A stretch of DNA of 64,000 nt from Amoebophrya sp. A120 (taxonomy: Eukaryota > Protista > Dinoflagellata). The notes below the pieces were generated by a model, which did not search any database, was not told where the DNA came from, and saw nothing but the letters and a program-made list of their open reading frames with translations. Both the position numbers and the translations under genes were made by a program. Shown in pieces: positions 13,358 to 27,123 of the stretch (the first letter of the stretch is position 1; each line of letters begins with the position of its first letter). Location: NCBI GenBank assembly GCA_905178155.1, contig CAJINV010000006.1, positions 4,223,760-4,287,759 of the forward strand, given 5' to 3'.

Positions 13358-14621
13358 GATTTGGTTTTGTGGAGATGAGGTTACTTATCCTTAGACGTAG
13401 CCACGTAGTACGGTCGGGGACTTAAGTGCAATAGACTCAGTTGTAGACACTAAAACACTTTCGAACTTCTACCTGGCACACTGGTCTTGTATTAGGGTTT
13501 CGCTTTCAGTTTCTTTTTATACATAGGTAAAAAAATCAGGAACCAAGTACTAGAGGGCAGCGACGCCGTGCTTTGACCAATACCCAAAGGCAAAACCAAA
13601 ATCTCAACTCAACTCAAATAAAGCGGCGTGAAAATAAACATTCAGAAGCTGATTCTGAAAAGGCCTCTTTGCGCCACACGTCACGACTTGGCGTCTGCGT
13701 CTATTTTGCAGTGAAGCAACTCCAGTGTTACGATCTGTTTTGCGCGTGACCAGTTCTCCTCGCCGTCTCAATTTGCGCAAGAATCTTCAGCGCGGCCAGT
13801 AGTGTGACGACACAGGAGTGGCAGTACGATGAAAACTTTCACTCGGTTAATTAAAGGACAAGATGAAGAACATACACGCTGAAATAGAAATTGGACCAGA
13901 ATTTTTATCACGGTCATCTTTTAGCACCCTGCAATTCCTGCCGTGCGCGAAAAAACCGGCTCTTTTTGTGAAAAGGTAAAAGGAAAACGACAAACAGGTA
14001 GCAAGCGCAACTGGTTTTTTCTATCGGTTTTTAGTTGTAATATCAGTTTCTAGGTAGTAAGTTTGCTCTCATGATTGTATATTCTCTGTGATACGCTAGT
14101 ATTTGTCCCTTGACTGATGAAACCAAAATCCAAATATCGTTGGAAGCTAGGTGAAACTGCAAGAAATTCTATTGGTAGGGTGGAAAAAATGGCTAGAACG
14201 ATAGAATGCAAGAGGTTGTACAGATGAGACCCACTATAACGAAGCACGTGAGCTACACAACGTGCTGATGAAATTATTATTTTTCAGAAACGAGCTCCTA
14301 CTAATGCCTTGTATTAGAAGCATGCGTATTCGGAAACATAATTGGAAAAATGCGTAGCCAAAAAAAAAAAAAACTCAGCCGCCGGGCAGTAAAATTCTAC
14401 TGCCTGAAAGGACCTTTATTTCATGATCTTCATTCTATACGGAGTAATAAATCGTACAAACACGATGACAAATAAGGAGCACAAGAACTAAAGTCATGCA
14501 CATTTGTGAACAAAAAAAAATCAGATCTTACAGAGCACAATTATAGACAAACACCGTAAAAAATCGAAATCGTACATAAGCTGTCCGCGGCCGCGTAGAC
14601 GAGAGTCTAAATCTTAATCAT

Positions 14622-17600
14622 TCACACACCGCCCTGGGAAACCACCTTGCTTGCGATCCAGGGCTATCAAATGCAAATATGACTGGGTCTGGAACTTTGC
14701 TAGTCTAGTCATGCAGGTTTTCCATGACCCATATGATCTGTAATGGAGGACCTAGCATGACAGGTTCCGTGAGATCACTATCATGCCTACCCTGCATGAG
14801 AAACTGCCTCTGAACTTGATCAAAATTGGACAGCATTTGGGAATCATGCAACACAGATTTTTGCATGATTCAGATTTAGCATGACAAGTTCCAACCTTCC
14901 AGACCCAGACATTTTTGCAGTGCATAACGGCAAAGCGGTCATGGCCCCGACGCAAGCGGTGCAAGAGGTCCAGATGGGCGCTTGGCGGTAAAACGGCCGT
15001 GCAGCTTGCGGATCTTCCGTTATTTCCTGCGAAGGATCTGGATCAACATCTTCATCATAGGCTGATACTTCCTGCCGTGGTTCCAGGGCATGGCCTTCCC
15101 CTTCGTCCACGTCCATATCTACAACTGCATCATCAACCTTCTGGTCTCCTTCTCGTGCAGCCTCCGGCGCGTTCGTGGTTGAGCCTGCTGCTCCACGACC
15201 CTCACCAACGCCTCTTCCACTTGGCTTTTCCTTATCTATTCCCTCTGGCAGCACAAGCTCGCTCCCTGCGTCCGGGAAAGTAGATAAGCAGCTTGTCGTC
15301 CCGCCCGAGCATAATTCCCCCTCTATCCACGGTGTCGCAGGCGTATTCTCACTTCCGGATAAGTAACAGGAGCCTGTCGGACAGGATGTAGTTGGGAACA
15401 TCATCGTCATCGGCTGCAATATTAAATGCTGAACACCACTCTGCACGCCGCTAGACACTCGATCCACCACCGCGCCGTGGAGCAGACAGTGGTCCGCCGC
15501 AGCTGCAGCCAGCACCAACGGCGCGAGAACGGTTTTTTTACTGGGACAACGTCGTCGGGCGGATAGCATTTGTACGTCGTCCATGGACGAACCAGAAGAT
15601 TTGTACGCCCCCGCGGGTGCAGGCTGAAGTCCTCGCGTGTTTTTTCCCGTCTCTCGTATCATGAGGAAAAACGTCCCCACCCCAAAATTGTCATGCAAAT
15701 CTGCATGCCAAAAAAGTTTCTCACGCGGAGCCCCATGCGAAGCATTTTCTAGTCGCGTTGTAGAATTTGCGATGCTCTAATCAGCACGATATGCTAGATC
15801 TGTGATGCTGCTGGAGCTAGCTAAACAGGATTACACCACGGGGCCAAATTTGTCATGCGAAACCACCAAAGCTGGTGGATTTGTCTAGCAGATTTCCCAT
15901 CTTGACTCTCGTGTGGGGACGTTTTTACTCAGAATATCTTGCGCGCCGTGTTCTCCTTCTCCTCGGTTGGACTCTGGTTCGACATCCATGGAGAAGCAAA
16001 GGGCTGTACTTGCACCTCCCACTCTACTACTGCCCCGCGAACGAAGTTGGTACGACATTCGACCACTTCTGCTGCCTGTTGTACTACTCCCAGCGCTCGA
16101 GAGAGACTGGGAAGCTGTACTACTGTCGCAGACCGAAACAACATCTTCCACGGTGGTGGAAGTTATCGCGCAAGAGCGATTTAGCACATATGATGAACTC
16201 GTCAGGCAGTTCTCCGCCTCTCGCGGCTGCAACCTATAGAGCTGCGGCGCAGAAGTTGTCTTATTGGCTCTTTTTTCCACCACTTCCGAAGTGAGAAACC
16301 GCAGGCCTTCGAGAGCCTTTCGGAGCTTTGTCTCACGGCTAACAAATTCACGGAGCAATCGTGTCTGTGGTTCTGGTGAAACCTTCACAAGTTGCTCTTC
16401 AAAAGCACTACCACTTGCGTCCTCGTGGGGTGTATCCGAGAAGGCATCGAGGAACATTTTTCGCACCACCTGTTCCACTTCCGGTTTTTCGTCCTCGAAG
16501 GAATCATCGCACGAAGGGATCATTGCGCACGGAGGAAGTAGTAGGTCCGCGGAGTGCTGGTCTGCATGATCCTCCTCCGTGGGCTCTAATTCTGCATCAA
16601 ATAGTACTCCTGCTTCTTCATCACCTCCACCCTGTACTTCTCCCTCCATTTTACTGCTCTCCGCATCACTCTCGGCGTCCTCACCGCTGTTATTAAGCAG
16701 GCTTTTGACAAACTTCAACCTAGCCTTGTCCAGGTCCGCTCTCCTCTTCGCCGCATAGCTTTCAGCCGTGCGAAACGCGTTCCGGTGTCGCACAAAATGA
16801 AGGATGGAATCCTTCACGAACTGTTGTTGCAGGAAACTACCCTCTTCACGATGGTGATCCTGCTCGGTAGTTGTACCTTGCATGAGTAGCCCACCTGAAG
16901 TAGTTGGTGTGTAGTTATCCAAGGGAAAAAATAAATGGTGGCTGTCTTTCTGTTCTTCCTCATGATCTTGATCCCCCGTTTTCTCCTGCATGGCACTTTC
17001 CACCATATGCAAAATTCGGGCCGTGATGCTCTTTGCCGTCGACGACGTGTCCACAGAAAGAGCCTCCTCCTCCTGCCCACTTTCGGTCTCCGCGTCCTCT
17101 GATTTTTCTGTCAGCGCGTCTGCTGCTGTTCCAGTGGTGCCGTCCGTTTTTACAGCGCCGTCGGACCTCCGACGCCAAGTAGAAGGTAGAAAGGCGCGGA
17201 AGAATCTCTGTGCCATAGTACCAGATGATGCAGTGGCTGCTGATGAACTACTGTGTTTAATATTCATCGTCGTGCCTTCAGCCTCTTCAACTTCTTCTCC
17301 CTCCTCTTCGTCGTCAGTCTCATCTTCCAGCGCGGAGGTTCTCGTGCTGGTGTCCTCCTCAACGTCCTCCGCAGAGGTAGTTGTAGCGTGGAGTTCAACA
17401 TCTTCTCCTTTTCGGCTGAGTTTCTGCTCAAGCAAAAACGCCGCGAATTCCGCCAACCTCTCGGAGGAAGTACTGAAGAAGGAACCGTCAAAAAGCATCT
17501 CCTCCTTCTCGTGGAACCAGACCGCAGCGTCCTCGGTAAGTGCAGCGAATTTATTGCTCTTCTCTGTATTTTCATCCACAGGCGGGCCCGTGCGTCGAGG

Positions 17601-19565
17601 ACTCTCCGGGGCTGCGGCAATGGGTTCCAGAAGCAGCTTCCACTCGTCCCTTTCGCTTTTGCTCACGCGCTGAATCCCCACCCCGAAAAAGAGAAACTTG
17701 GACTGGGTAGTACTAGTTGTAGCACGACCTGCCGCGGCCTGGGTCGCTTCTCCTCCTTCTCTCCGTCCGGACAGCGGGACGCTTCCAACATCGAAAGATC
17801 CCGGCGACCGCGCTATCTTTAACGCCGCACCACCACCAGCCGGAGCTGCAGACTGCGCTGTAGTCTGCAAAAATCCCGCACTCTGCAGCCGGCGCGCCGC
17901 TGGGGTGAGAGCTCTTGCAGGAGTGGAGGCGGTCTCTGGCTTGTTTTTCGCCACTGTATCACTACGCAAGAACGGCGTGCTACTTGTGGAAGATGAGTAC
18001 ACGAGCTCCACCCGTAGTGGCAGCCACACTGTATTGTTGCCGCTGGAGGAGGTTAGAAGCTTCGTAGCTGGTGTTCCACCCTCAGCCAGTACCTTCACCT
18101 CATTTGGTGGCCAGTTTTTCTCGATTTGCTCCCCAAACCGGGTTGGTAACGTACTGCCACCTATGGATTGCAAATATCACTGGATGTCTGGAAGAGTGCA
18201 AGGTTTGTTATGCTTGTCTGCTATGACTGAGGAGTTTGTGATGCGTGTCCAAATAGAGACCCATTTGCTTGTCATGCAAAAGCGCAGTTTGTCCTGCGTA
18301 AAACGCGACCCGTGGCCGCGCAAATATTTCTCATGCATGGCCGTGCATTCCAAACCACTCACTTGCAAACCACTCACTTGTCACAGCCCAGCATTACAAG
18401 TTTCCACACCACCCAGACATATTTGCATTGGATACGTTCCGACTGCAACCGATTGGTCAATTTCGAAAACGTCAAGGTCGGAATGGCATCGAAAGTGGAT
18501 GCAGGCGGTTCTTGCTGTGCAGCAGCTTCCCGCAACATTTCTTGCGGCTGCCGAGCAGGTGGTTTCGGGGTTGTACTAGATGAAGACCCACCAAAGCTTG
18601 TTTTTGTTGAACCTTGACCAGATAAGAAACCACGTGGCCTCGTCTCCCTCTGCGCCACGGCACCGGCCATCCAGGCTTTCAGGATCGGGGATGCGACCTG
18701 TTCGTCTTGCAAAAACGTCAAATGATGTTGCCCGGAATAGGCGGTGCTTGCCGTAGTACTGCAGCCGGCTACAGGTTGCACTATACAGCATTCAACATCT
18801 ACTTCGCAAACACGACCCGTAGCTGCAGCGGAGGCGAGAGGTGGTGTCTGTGTTGCTGATCGACAACGTTCTTGGTTTTCTTCTTGTTCTACTGCTTCTT
18901 CGGTAGAAGTTCTGGTAGAACTAGACGGCGCGCCGATCACTCTGGGATCAGCGGTGGAGCTGGTGCTGCATAAACGAGTGTCATTGTTCCTAGTACCCAG
19001 CTGTGCAAGTGCTGCGCTCCTTTGTTGAACAAGACATGGCATTACAGTCGAGCGGCCCGCTATCCAGGAAAAAAACAGTGTAAGTGTAACTTTGTAGGAA
19101 GAACAGCATCACAAATTCGCTTTGCATTGCAGGGCAAACCTGTCATGCGCAGCTAGTATGTGAAAACACGTGTGAAAATAGCCAATGACGCAGATCCAGC
19201 ATGACAAGTGTAATAGTTTTCCATTTTCTGCATCACAGAGTTACACTTACACAGTTTTTTTCTTGCATACCCGCCCTCGAAGAGGATGTTGACCCGCTGC
19301 TGCTGCTCAAATTGCTAGCCGACCGCCCTAGAACCTTCGGCCGCGGCGCGTATTGATGCGGCCACGGGTGTTGCGTGGCTGTTTGTGTTGGATGGAATTT
19401 GTCTCGTTTCTCGGGAAAATTAGTTTTTGGCTGGTCAAGTGCGACGTCGCCGCTTGGAGAATTAGATGATTGATGGTATTGCGAAGATGACGCGGCTTTC
19501 ACACCCACACTACTGCTCACTCGCACGGCAAGTGCCGAGTACAGGAAGCGGAAAGGAAACTGCAT
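14622..19565 (-). CDS. Hypothetical large low-complexity (S/T/E-rich) protein with possible N-terminal signal peptide; 5 exons
   Basis: ORFs 19233-19673, 18374-19042, 15885-18173 and 14844-15698 are separated by introners 19061-19269, 18162-18434, 15657-15936 and 14665-14926. Start MQFPFRFLYSALAV..., end ...SKVVSQGGV*. No recognisable domain. Confidence 0.65.
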
Positions 19566-20296
19566 TTTCAATTTCTCAGTTCTTTCTTGGGCAAGGAAAA
19601 TGTAAAAAGATAGATGGTGAAAGTTGTAGAGTATTTTACAGTGGTGGAGCTGGTGCAGAAAGTAGCACAACATACAACGCTGATGCAGCTAAAGTCAAGA
19701 AAAATGAATGTTCGCCGACGTAAAGAGGATGATTGTACAAAATAACATTTTCATTTCCGGATTTAATAATTCATCGAGCCTACGGTTTCTCTAGTAATCC
19801 CGACTGGAAGAGATCGAAAAGCGTTGTAGGTTTTCTCACTTTGTTTATCCAACTGGAAGATCCATTCAAGTCATGTTAAATCGATCTGCCTGCGGTTGCG
19901 CAAAGGGGATGAGACATCCAGTTCGCGCCGGTTGGACCCGGTATGAGTACTGCTAAGGAACAACATCGAGAACCACTTTCTGGCAAAAGGCCTTTAGTCG
20001 CGCGATCTAGTTTGTGCCATCATTTTGTTCTACAGAATTATGAGATCGGTTAAAATAGTACAACTAGATGGATCAAACTCGTCTCTGAGGGAACACTCAG
20101 AATAAATGCGACGGTGTTCTTTGTGCGGCAACAAGTCATCGCGCCCACAAGTGGAACTCCGCTCGCTTTTGTGCTATACATGGTCTTTTTTTTTTTTGGT
20201 ACTTACAATTCAGTCGGCCTCTGGGGTCAATTTTCTTCGAAAAGAACCTTCGATCGGGTTTGGGTTGTAACCGCTTCAGGATTTTTAGACAAAGCT

Positions 20297-22415
20297 CTAG
20301 TCTTTATTGAGAGGAAAAATCCCCCCTCCCCATATTGAAAAGGTATGTTTCCAAAAATTTGTGTTGCGGATTTGAGGTCACAAATCATATCTGTCTTGCA
20401 AGAAGACAAGGGCAGAAGCTTCCGCCCCATTATGGCCGCGCTTTGTCATGCTGTTAGGCCTAAAGGGGAGCCGTTTGCCATGCTGAACAACTAGACCCAT
20501 ACGCCCCTACCTAGCCTGGAGATCTGGCCGCCATGCCTCTCTGCAATACAAAGCTGACTTGTGGCCACAAATCAGCATCACAAATTTCCGCTTTGATATG
20601 GGGAGGGGGGATTTTCCATTTTGATAGTCTTGTTTCCAGGGATTTGGCATGGGTTCGCTGGTCGGTTTGTTTTCAAACTGCCGCAACCTCGCCTGCCGTA
20701 TCAAATGCAAAAGTGTCTGGGTCTGGAAGATTGTGAGACTTGTCATGCAGATTTTCCATGATCCATGTCGTCTGGAATGCAGGACCTAGCATGACAGATT
20801 CTGTGAGAGCCCTATCATGCCTATCCTTCATGAGAAACGTCCTCTCAACTTGGTCAAAAGTGGACAACTTTTGGTATTCATGCAGCACAGATTTTTGCAC
20901 GATCCAGAATTAGCATTACAAGTTGCATCCTTCCCGACCCAGACATATTTGCATTTGATATGCCGCATTGCCTCCCGCTGCTCCGCTGTTTGTCCTCCGG
21001 CGGAGCTGCTGCTACCTGTAGTGGCGGTTTTTTTTTTGCGACATGTTCTTTCTGCGGATTTGAGTTGTGTATGACAAGGAAAAAGCACGACTTGAGTTGT
21101 TGTGCACACCACGCGGCGGTTGTAAATTTTTTTTTGATAATTGCGTATTGACATATTACGCAACACAAATTTTGCATAGCACAAATGGTATTCATCGCGT
21201 CCGATAGTACCTGCGCTCGCCATCCAAGAGCTCCCGGCGCCTGTCCCCTGCTGCTGCAGGTACTGATTGTTGGCACCCGCTTATCACAAGAAAAAAGTGT
21301 TACAGTTACACATTTGTTGGAGTTCCTGCATCACAAATTTTCTCGGTGTGGCAGGGAAAACTTGTAATGCGAAGATCGCAGGGGAGAACAGGAAGGAAAC
21401 GAGGCTCCCAAGCATTTCCTGCATGATAAAGGTTATCTGTGTTGCCGGTCTTGCAACACAATGTGTAACTGTAACACTTTTTTCTTGCGATACCGCTGGT
21501 GCACCCTGCCCCAAGCCAGCGCCGCCGTTCATATTTCTGTTCGCGTAAAAGTGCTGGTAGCCCAGAAACGCTACGACCAGCAGAATCAGGCCGAACCTCT
21601 GCGTATCCTTTGCAAAAGTATCGCACTCGTAGTTATGCATTAAAAAACCTTTTGCTAAGTGGTGAAAAACCATTACAAATTCCATTTTTCATGCTGAGGC
21701 AATTTGTCATGCGATTTCTACTAGTACGATACTTTTGCAGTTCATACTGCAAGGGATAGGAACCGTCCGCATCGTCGTCCTCGGGTTCCTCCCAGCTGCT
21801 CCCGTGTCTTTTTTTGCCCGATTTTCCGCCATTCAGTTGGAACATCATCTCCTTGTACCGCTGTTTCTGCTCGTCGCTCAAGCTCTCGTAATCCACAGAC
21901 TTCAACTTCTCCCGCATGTTGCTCCGCCACTGCTAGTATCCACTGCAAAAGTATCGCACTCGTAGTAATTGCGTTTATGCATTATAGAAATCTCTTTCTC
22001 GAGGTAAATTAGCATTACAAATTTAATTTGTAATGCTGAGCTAATTTGTAATGCAATTCATACTAGTCTGATTATACTTTTGCAGTTCATAGCTCGGACT
22101 GGGGCATGTCCGCCTGCTCCGAGTAACTTGTCCAAGATATCACACTGAAAAAAGCAGGCCGGCCACATTTGTAATGCAAAAACAAATACACAAAAAAACC
22201 TGTACTGCATAAGAACCCAAACAGCACGCTATGGGGCCGCCCCTGGCATCAAATTTGCGTGTGTATTGATTTTTGCATATACAAATATAATGCCCTGCTA
22301 GCTTTTTCTCTGGGTGGATACAAGACGCGTCGAGCTGCGCGGCGACCGGCGCAGTATTGAATACTGTGGTGGTCACCGACGCGAGCAGTGCCGCTTTTGT
22401 CGTCAACAGGGCCAT
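20297..22415 (-). CDS. Small type-I membrane protein (signal peptide, luminal part, one TM, Gly/Gln-rich tail); 8 exons
   Basis: Introners at 22138-22320, 21937-22091, 21604-21746, 21282-21492, 21017-21206, 20699-20960 and 20305-20626. Spliced product: MALLTTKAALLAS...SWTSYSEQADMPQSEQWRSNMREKLK...QRFGLILLVVAFLGYQHFY...EQREAMRQARLRQFENK...NPWKQD*. An upstream start at 22697 is also possible. Confidence 0.7.
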
Positions 22416-23179
22416 CTTCACCCCAGCGGCTGACTGGTGCAAGAACCCTCCTCGTCCTCCTCGCTGGTAGGTCTTAACGCAGCTGATCCCCGGGAAAAAA
22501 AAACTGCCGGCGGCGGCAGCAGCAGCCTCGGTGCTGGCACCGAACATCAAACCGGAGCAAGCTGCGCCCCAAGTCAGCAGCTTCGTTCTGCCGAGTCTAG
22601 TACTGCTGCGGCGGTCCCTTGCCCTGCTGCTGCACTTCCAGTTGCTTATGGCTCTCGCGGCGAGGGGCTGGCTGGAAGAGGTGGTGGTCATGATCATGCT
22701 TTCACTTTCTTTTGTTTCGCCGCGTGCTACTTATTTTGATTTACCCCAGTTCGTTTTCTACTAGTAGTGACTGTTTGTCATAATTCTCGAGGACAATCAA
22801 AATGCGGGTAAAGTTTTGAACTACGGTATGTAAGTACACTTTGTTCACGATCGCGCTGTGGATAAGGCGGCTCGGCTTCATAGGGGTAAGCTTGTGTCAA
22901 TCTGAAGGAAGAGTAACACTACAACGATCGGAAATAAACTTCAATACAGCACACAGTCTGTAGTGGCGTGCGCGTTGCAGCAAGAACCTAAGTGGGGCCA
23001 CAGCAAAGGGGGTGCTGTTGTGAGTTGGTTTCTTTTGCTGGTGTGCGGATGGTATTCTTTTTCCATATACAAGGAGCGGGCAGTGTTCTGCGCGTGGAGG
23101 GATCTTTGATGCAGGCTCAGTGTCTAAAATTCGTATCGGATTTCCTTGCTATTTTGCAGAAGGTTCAACGTAGAAGTAG

Positions 23180-26100
23180 TTGTTGCGCCCACATAAAGCT
23201 CGGCGAAAGGCCGCGGGCGACCAACTTCCGCGCCCGCCCCGTTGAAGGAAAGGCAGGTCTTATGCTGAGGAAGCTCTCGTCGAGCCGCATGGCCTGCGAT
23301 TCTCTGAAAACCCGGGGCGCCGCGCCGCTTCGAAGTCAGTGCGGCGGGCTTCCCGGAAAAGCAGCCCTTGCCCGTGCCGCGCCGGGAGTGCAAGGGGGGC
23401 GCTTGCGAGGTTGCGGGCTCGCGCGTGCGGGCCCCGGTTGCTTGGGATTTGCGATATTTCTCAAAATTGAGCGCAGCGGACCCCGCGCCGGGGAAAGGCC
23501 GCCGGCGGGTCGGGCCCCTCCTAGCGCAGCGGGGCGCCGCGCGCGCATTTCCGAAAAGCCGCTATGGGGGCTCCGGTAGGGGCGGGGTTGGCAGGCGACG
23601 GAGCCCTCTCCAGAATACCAATCGCGAGCGCGGTTGCTGTAGCTTTGCACGCACCCGGGGCCGGCGGAAGCAGATTCAGCCCGCCCCGCCCCTATTTGTC
23701 TTGCCAGTTTGGGGCATAGGGGCCCGGCGCGTGCGCATACCGAGGCCGCGGCGCTGGCGCCGCGGCCCGGAGCAAATTCGCCGCGGCGGGGGGCGGCCCA
23801 ATTTCCAAAAATAGCAAAAGGCTGCCGAACTGGCTCGCGCGGGCCGCCAAGGCCAGGTCCCGGGACCCAGTTCCACCTGGCGTCGCAGCGCGCCCTCCTT
23901 GTGGCACCAAGCGGTCCGCCAATCGGCGGGAGGCGACCAGGCTCGGCCCGGCGGCATCGCGCAAGCGCCTGCAGCCCCCGGAAGCCCGCCGCGGTGGCTT
24001 TTGCGGGCCGCGCATGCCGGGCCCCGCGGTCGGCCGGAGAAGCGTCGCGGGGCGTCCTGCTAGTGGCGATCCGCCCGGCCTGCCGCGCAGCTTCGGGCGC
24101 CGCCCGCGCGGGCGACCTGTCGACCCGGCTACCCGCCTCCCATGCGGAGGTCTGCCCGGTGCCGCCTAGCGAACTAGGCGGCATCGGCGCGGCCCTTTCG
24201 TGCCGTTGGTCCACTGCATAACCAGCGCCGGCCCGCGCGCGGAGAACCGGCGCCGGGCCCCGATGAAGCGCGACGATAAGGCGCGGCGTCTATGGTTTTG
24301 CGCTCCTACTTCATCAACGGAGGCGGCCCAGAGCCGCCCTGTCGAGGGTGGCGCGGGGCGAGAATCTTGCGCAGTGGTCCTATGTGTACTATGCTGGGCA
24401 GGCATGTCAATCCAGTTGTGGACGGGGTTAGGACATGGCCCTGCTCTAGGGTGTGGGCCTTCTTTGATCGACGGAGGTCAATCTAGCCCCTATGGGATAA
24501 CATGGCCCACTGCTTGACAGTAAGCAACTTTTTCTAGATTTTTTAAAATTGTGCCAGGGGTAGGGGTCAGGCTTTTTTGGCTTTACGGAATAGACGAACG
24601 ACACAGCGTGAGTGTGTCAGCTCTTTTTCTTACATACTTGACAAGCTTTTGAATAGTATTGATCACGTGCGGCATTTTTCAAAAATTTTAAAAAAATCAA
24701 AAAATGACAGAAGAACTGCAAGCATTCACTTACTTTGTTTCTATTACGTCCACAAGTGCAAATACTTGGAAGGCATCCCATTCATATGAGAACTGAAGCC
24801 ATATACTACGGGAAATTTCCACCATATGCAATTTTTCAATATTTTATCCTCAATAAATTTTTGCGGAAGTTTCCAGATTTGGGGCATTTTTTTAAACAAA
24901 GTGAGTTAGTGACATTATATACCATCAGTGTTAAACAGCTTACGTTTTTTTTTTATCTGTAAACTTTTATATATAGCATTTCAATTTTCCAGAATTTTTC
25001 AAATTTTTTGAAACTTTTAAAATATTAAAAAAAGTGAATCAATGGCTTATAAAGCAGCCGAAGTTTTAGTACGAAGACACGACGTGCCTTTTATATTCAA
25101 TATAATACAACTTCTCTAGTGTTTAGGGATAATTTTTCAGATCGTAAAAAATTAAAATTTTTTCACATTTGAGAAACCCCCAAAAAAGTTGATAGTATAA
25201 GTCTGATTTTTCTTGTAAATGAAGCAGCATAGGAATAAAATATGCGTATATGCATACACTTGCTCTTTTTTGTGTGTTTGTGACGCTTTTTGACCATGAT
25301 AGCAATTTTTAAAAAAATTGCAAGTTTGGAAAGAGTGGTCAAATATAATCTATCCTAGAGAAAAATGGAAGTAAAACTGTCCAACAGTGCTTCATTTATG
25401 CATTTTAGTGGATCTGCGGAAGTCGATAAACACAGTTTGGATACAGGATGATTTATTGCCCCTATGGGACAAAATGTGAAAGCAAGATCCTCCGTCGTCC
25501 CTGTGTCCAATAGTGAAGCAGTGCGCGGCCCCCTCTATGGTGTGGCGCTCTTCTTAGGTCGTCGCGCATTCCCTGCGACGGCGGGACGCGGTGCATTACC
25601 GGCGGAAGCGCCCTGCGAAAACTCTGGAAATGCGCGGCGATCGCGGGCGAAGAGGGCACATGCCTGGCCCTGCGTCGTCCAAACGGGCGCCGTACAGGGC
25701 TCCTTTGGAACAGATTCCCGGGCTTGGCTTGCGCTGTCGCGGCGGCACATCCCCCCCCCCCCCCCTTTTGCTTTCCCCCGACCGCCGGCCGGCGGAGCGC
25801 TCCTAGTGTTGCCCGCTTGCGGCGATATAAAGAAGGCGCGAAAACCATACGGAGGGCGGCCCGCGCAGGCGCTTTTTCTAGTGGGTGAGCCGCCGACGCC
25901 TGCGGAGGCCCGTATCCTTACCTAGCCGCGGGTGCCTCGGCCGGCCGCGGCGCACCGGTGGCGCTTTGTTCTACGGCGCGACAGGCCCGCCTGCACATAG
26001 CTTCCTGCGCATCGGCTCGCCCCGGGGGCTCCGGGTTTCTTTCGAAGCTTCGGAAAGGGGCCGGCTTCCCGGCAAACCCTCCGAGTGCGGCAAAAGACCG

Positions 26101-26470
26101 GCGCTGCTGGGGGCCCCTGTTGCTGCGTCTGGCCCGTGGGGCTTCGGGTAACCGTCGGAGCGTCGGGTGGCCGCCGGCGCTTCGACCAGCCGGCGGCACC
26201 CCGGTTCTCTACCGGCGCTTCGGCTCCGCGCCGCGCTAGGCTAGCCCGCGGGGCTTCGGGTAGCCGTCGGAGCTTCGGTCGGCCTCCGGCGCTTCGGCTA
26301 GCCCATTGGGGTCGGGCAAACCGGTGGCGCTTCGGGTAGTCGGCCGTGCATCGGTTCGCGTATCTCGCCCGGGCTTGCGAGCGGCGCCTCGGCCAGCCCC
26401 CGGCGCAACGGCGAGAAGTACTCACGCCAAGGTCTGCGCGCTTCGTGCGTTTTGTCGCGGCCCGGACCCT
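23180..26470. other. Intergenic compositional island: GC-rich arm, AT-rich core, GC-rich arm; probable repeat or mobile-element relic
   Basis: GC-rich at about 23200-24400 and 25470-26470, AT-rich at about 24500-25457. The core is bounded by a 12-bp direct repeat GCCCCTATGGGA. Internal repeats GGGCTTCGGGTA(A/G)CCGTCGGAGC near 26140 and 26250. No introner words or credible ORF. Confidence 0.45.
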
Positions 26471-27123
26471 GTACCAGCGGTGGTAAAGAGTTGAAATCGG
26501 TCTACTTCTCCGACAAACATATGGACATGTGCTTTGCCCCAGTGTTCATCATTCCGAGTCGACAATGGGAACAATACAAAAGTGCTTTATTTCTGTCTTC
26601 ATGAGGGCGCCCGGGGTTTTTACCGTGGCGTGACCGGTTAGGCATGTGAAGATATCACACAGTTCATCGAAACCGCTCGTCCGTTACATATTAAAGCGGC
26701 ATAGTACTCAGTGGTCTTCAAGAACACAGCATAGGTCTGCAACGACGTTATACCAGATCTTCCGTTCTTGTTGAAACTACATGCCAGGTCCCTATCAAAA
26801 ACTTGCGACACTCTTTCAAAAAGAAAGTTCGAAATAAAAGGAGCACCGCGTCCGCTCTAGTACTTCTACTGGTCGCACAGAAGCTTGCGGTGTTTTCTAT
26901 ACCTGTGGGCGGTCTTCCTCCTAGGGGACACCACTTTGATGTGAGAGCAGTTCTTGTACTCTTGTAGTGCCTCCAAAATATTTTTACACTGTAAAAATTA
27001 CAATCCATCGGTGCAGCTTCATCTCCAGGTCGTGTGGTCCAAGAAAGAGAACAAGTCTTCTACACGACAGCAGAACGTCGAGAGAAAAAAATTTCTCCCC
27101 GAACACTAACTCACGAAACGACC

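Noticed and set aside
22992-26494. Overlapping Arg/Ala/Pro/Gly-rich ORFs as genes
   Set aside because: These are expected from high GC on all six frames, with no domains and no introner-exon structure.
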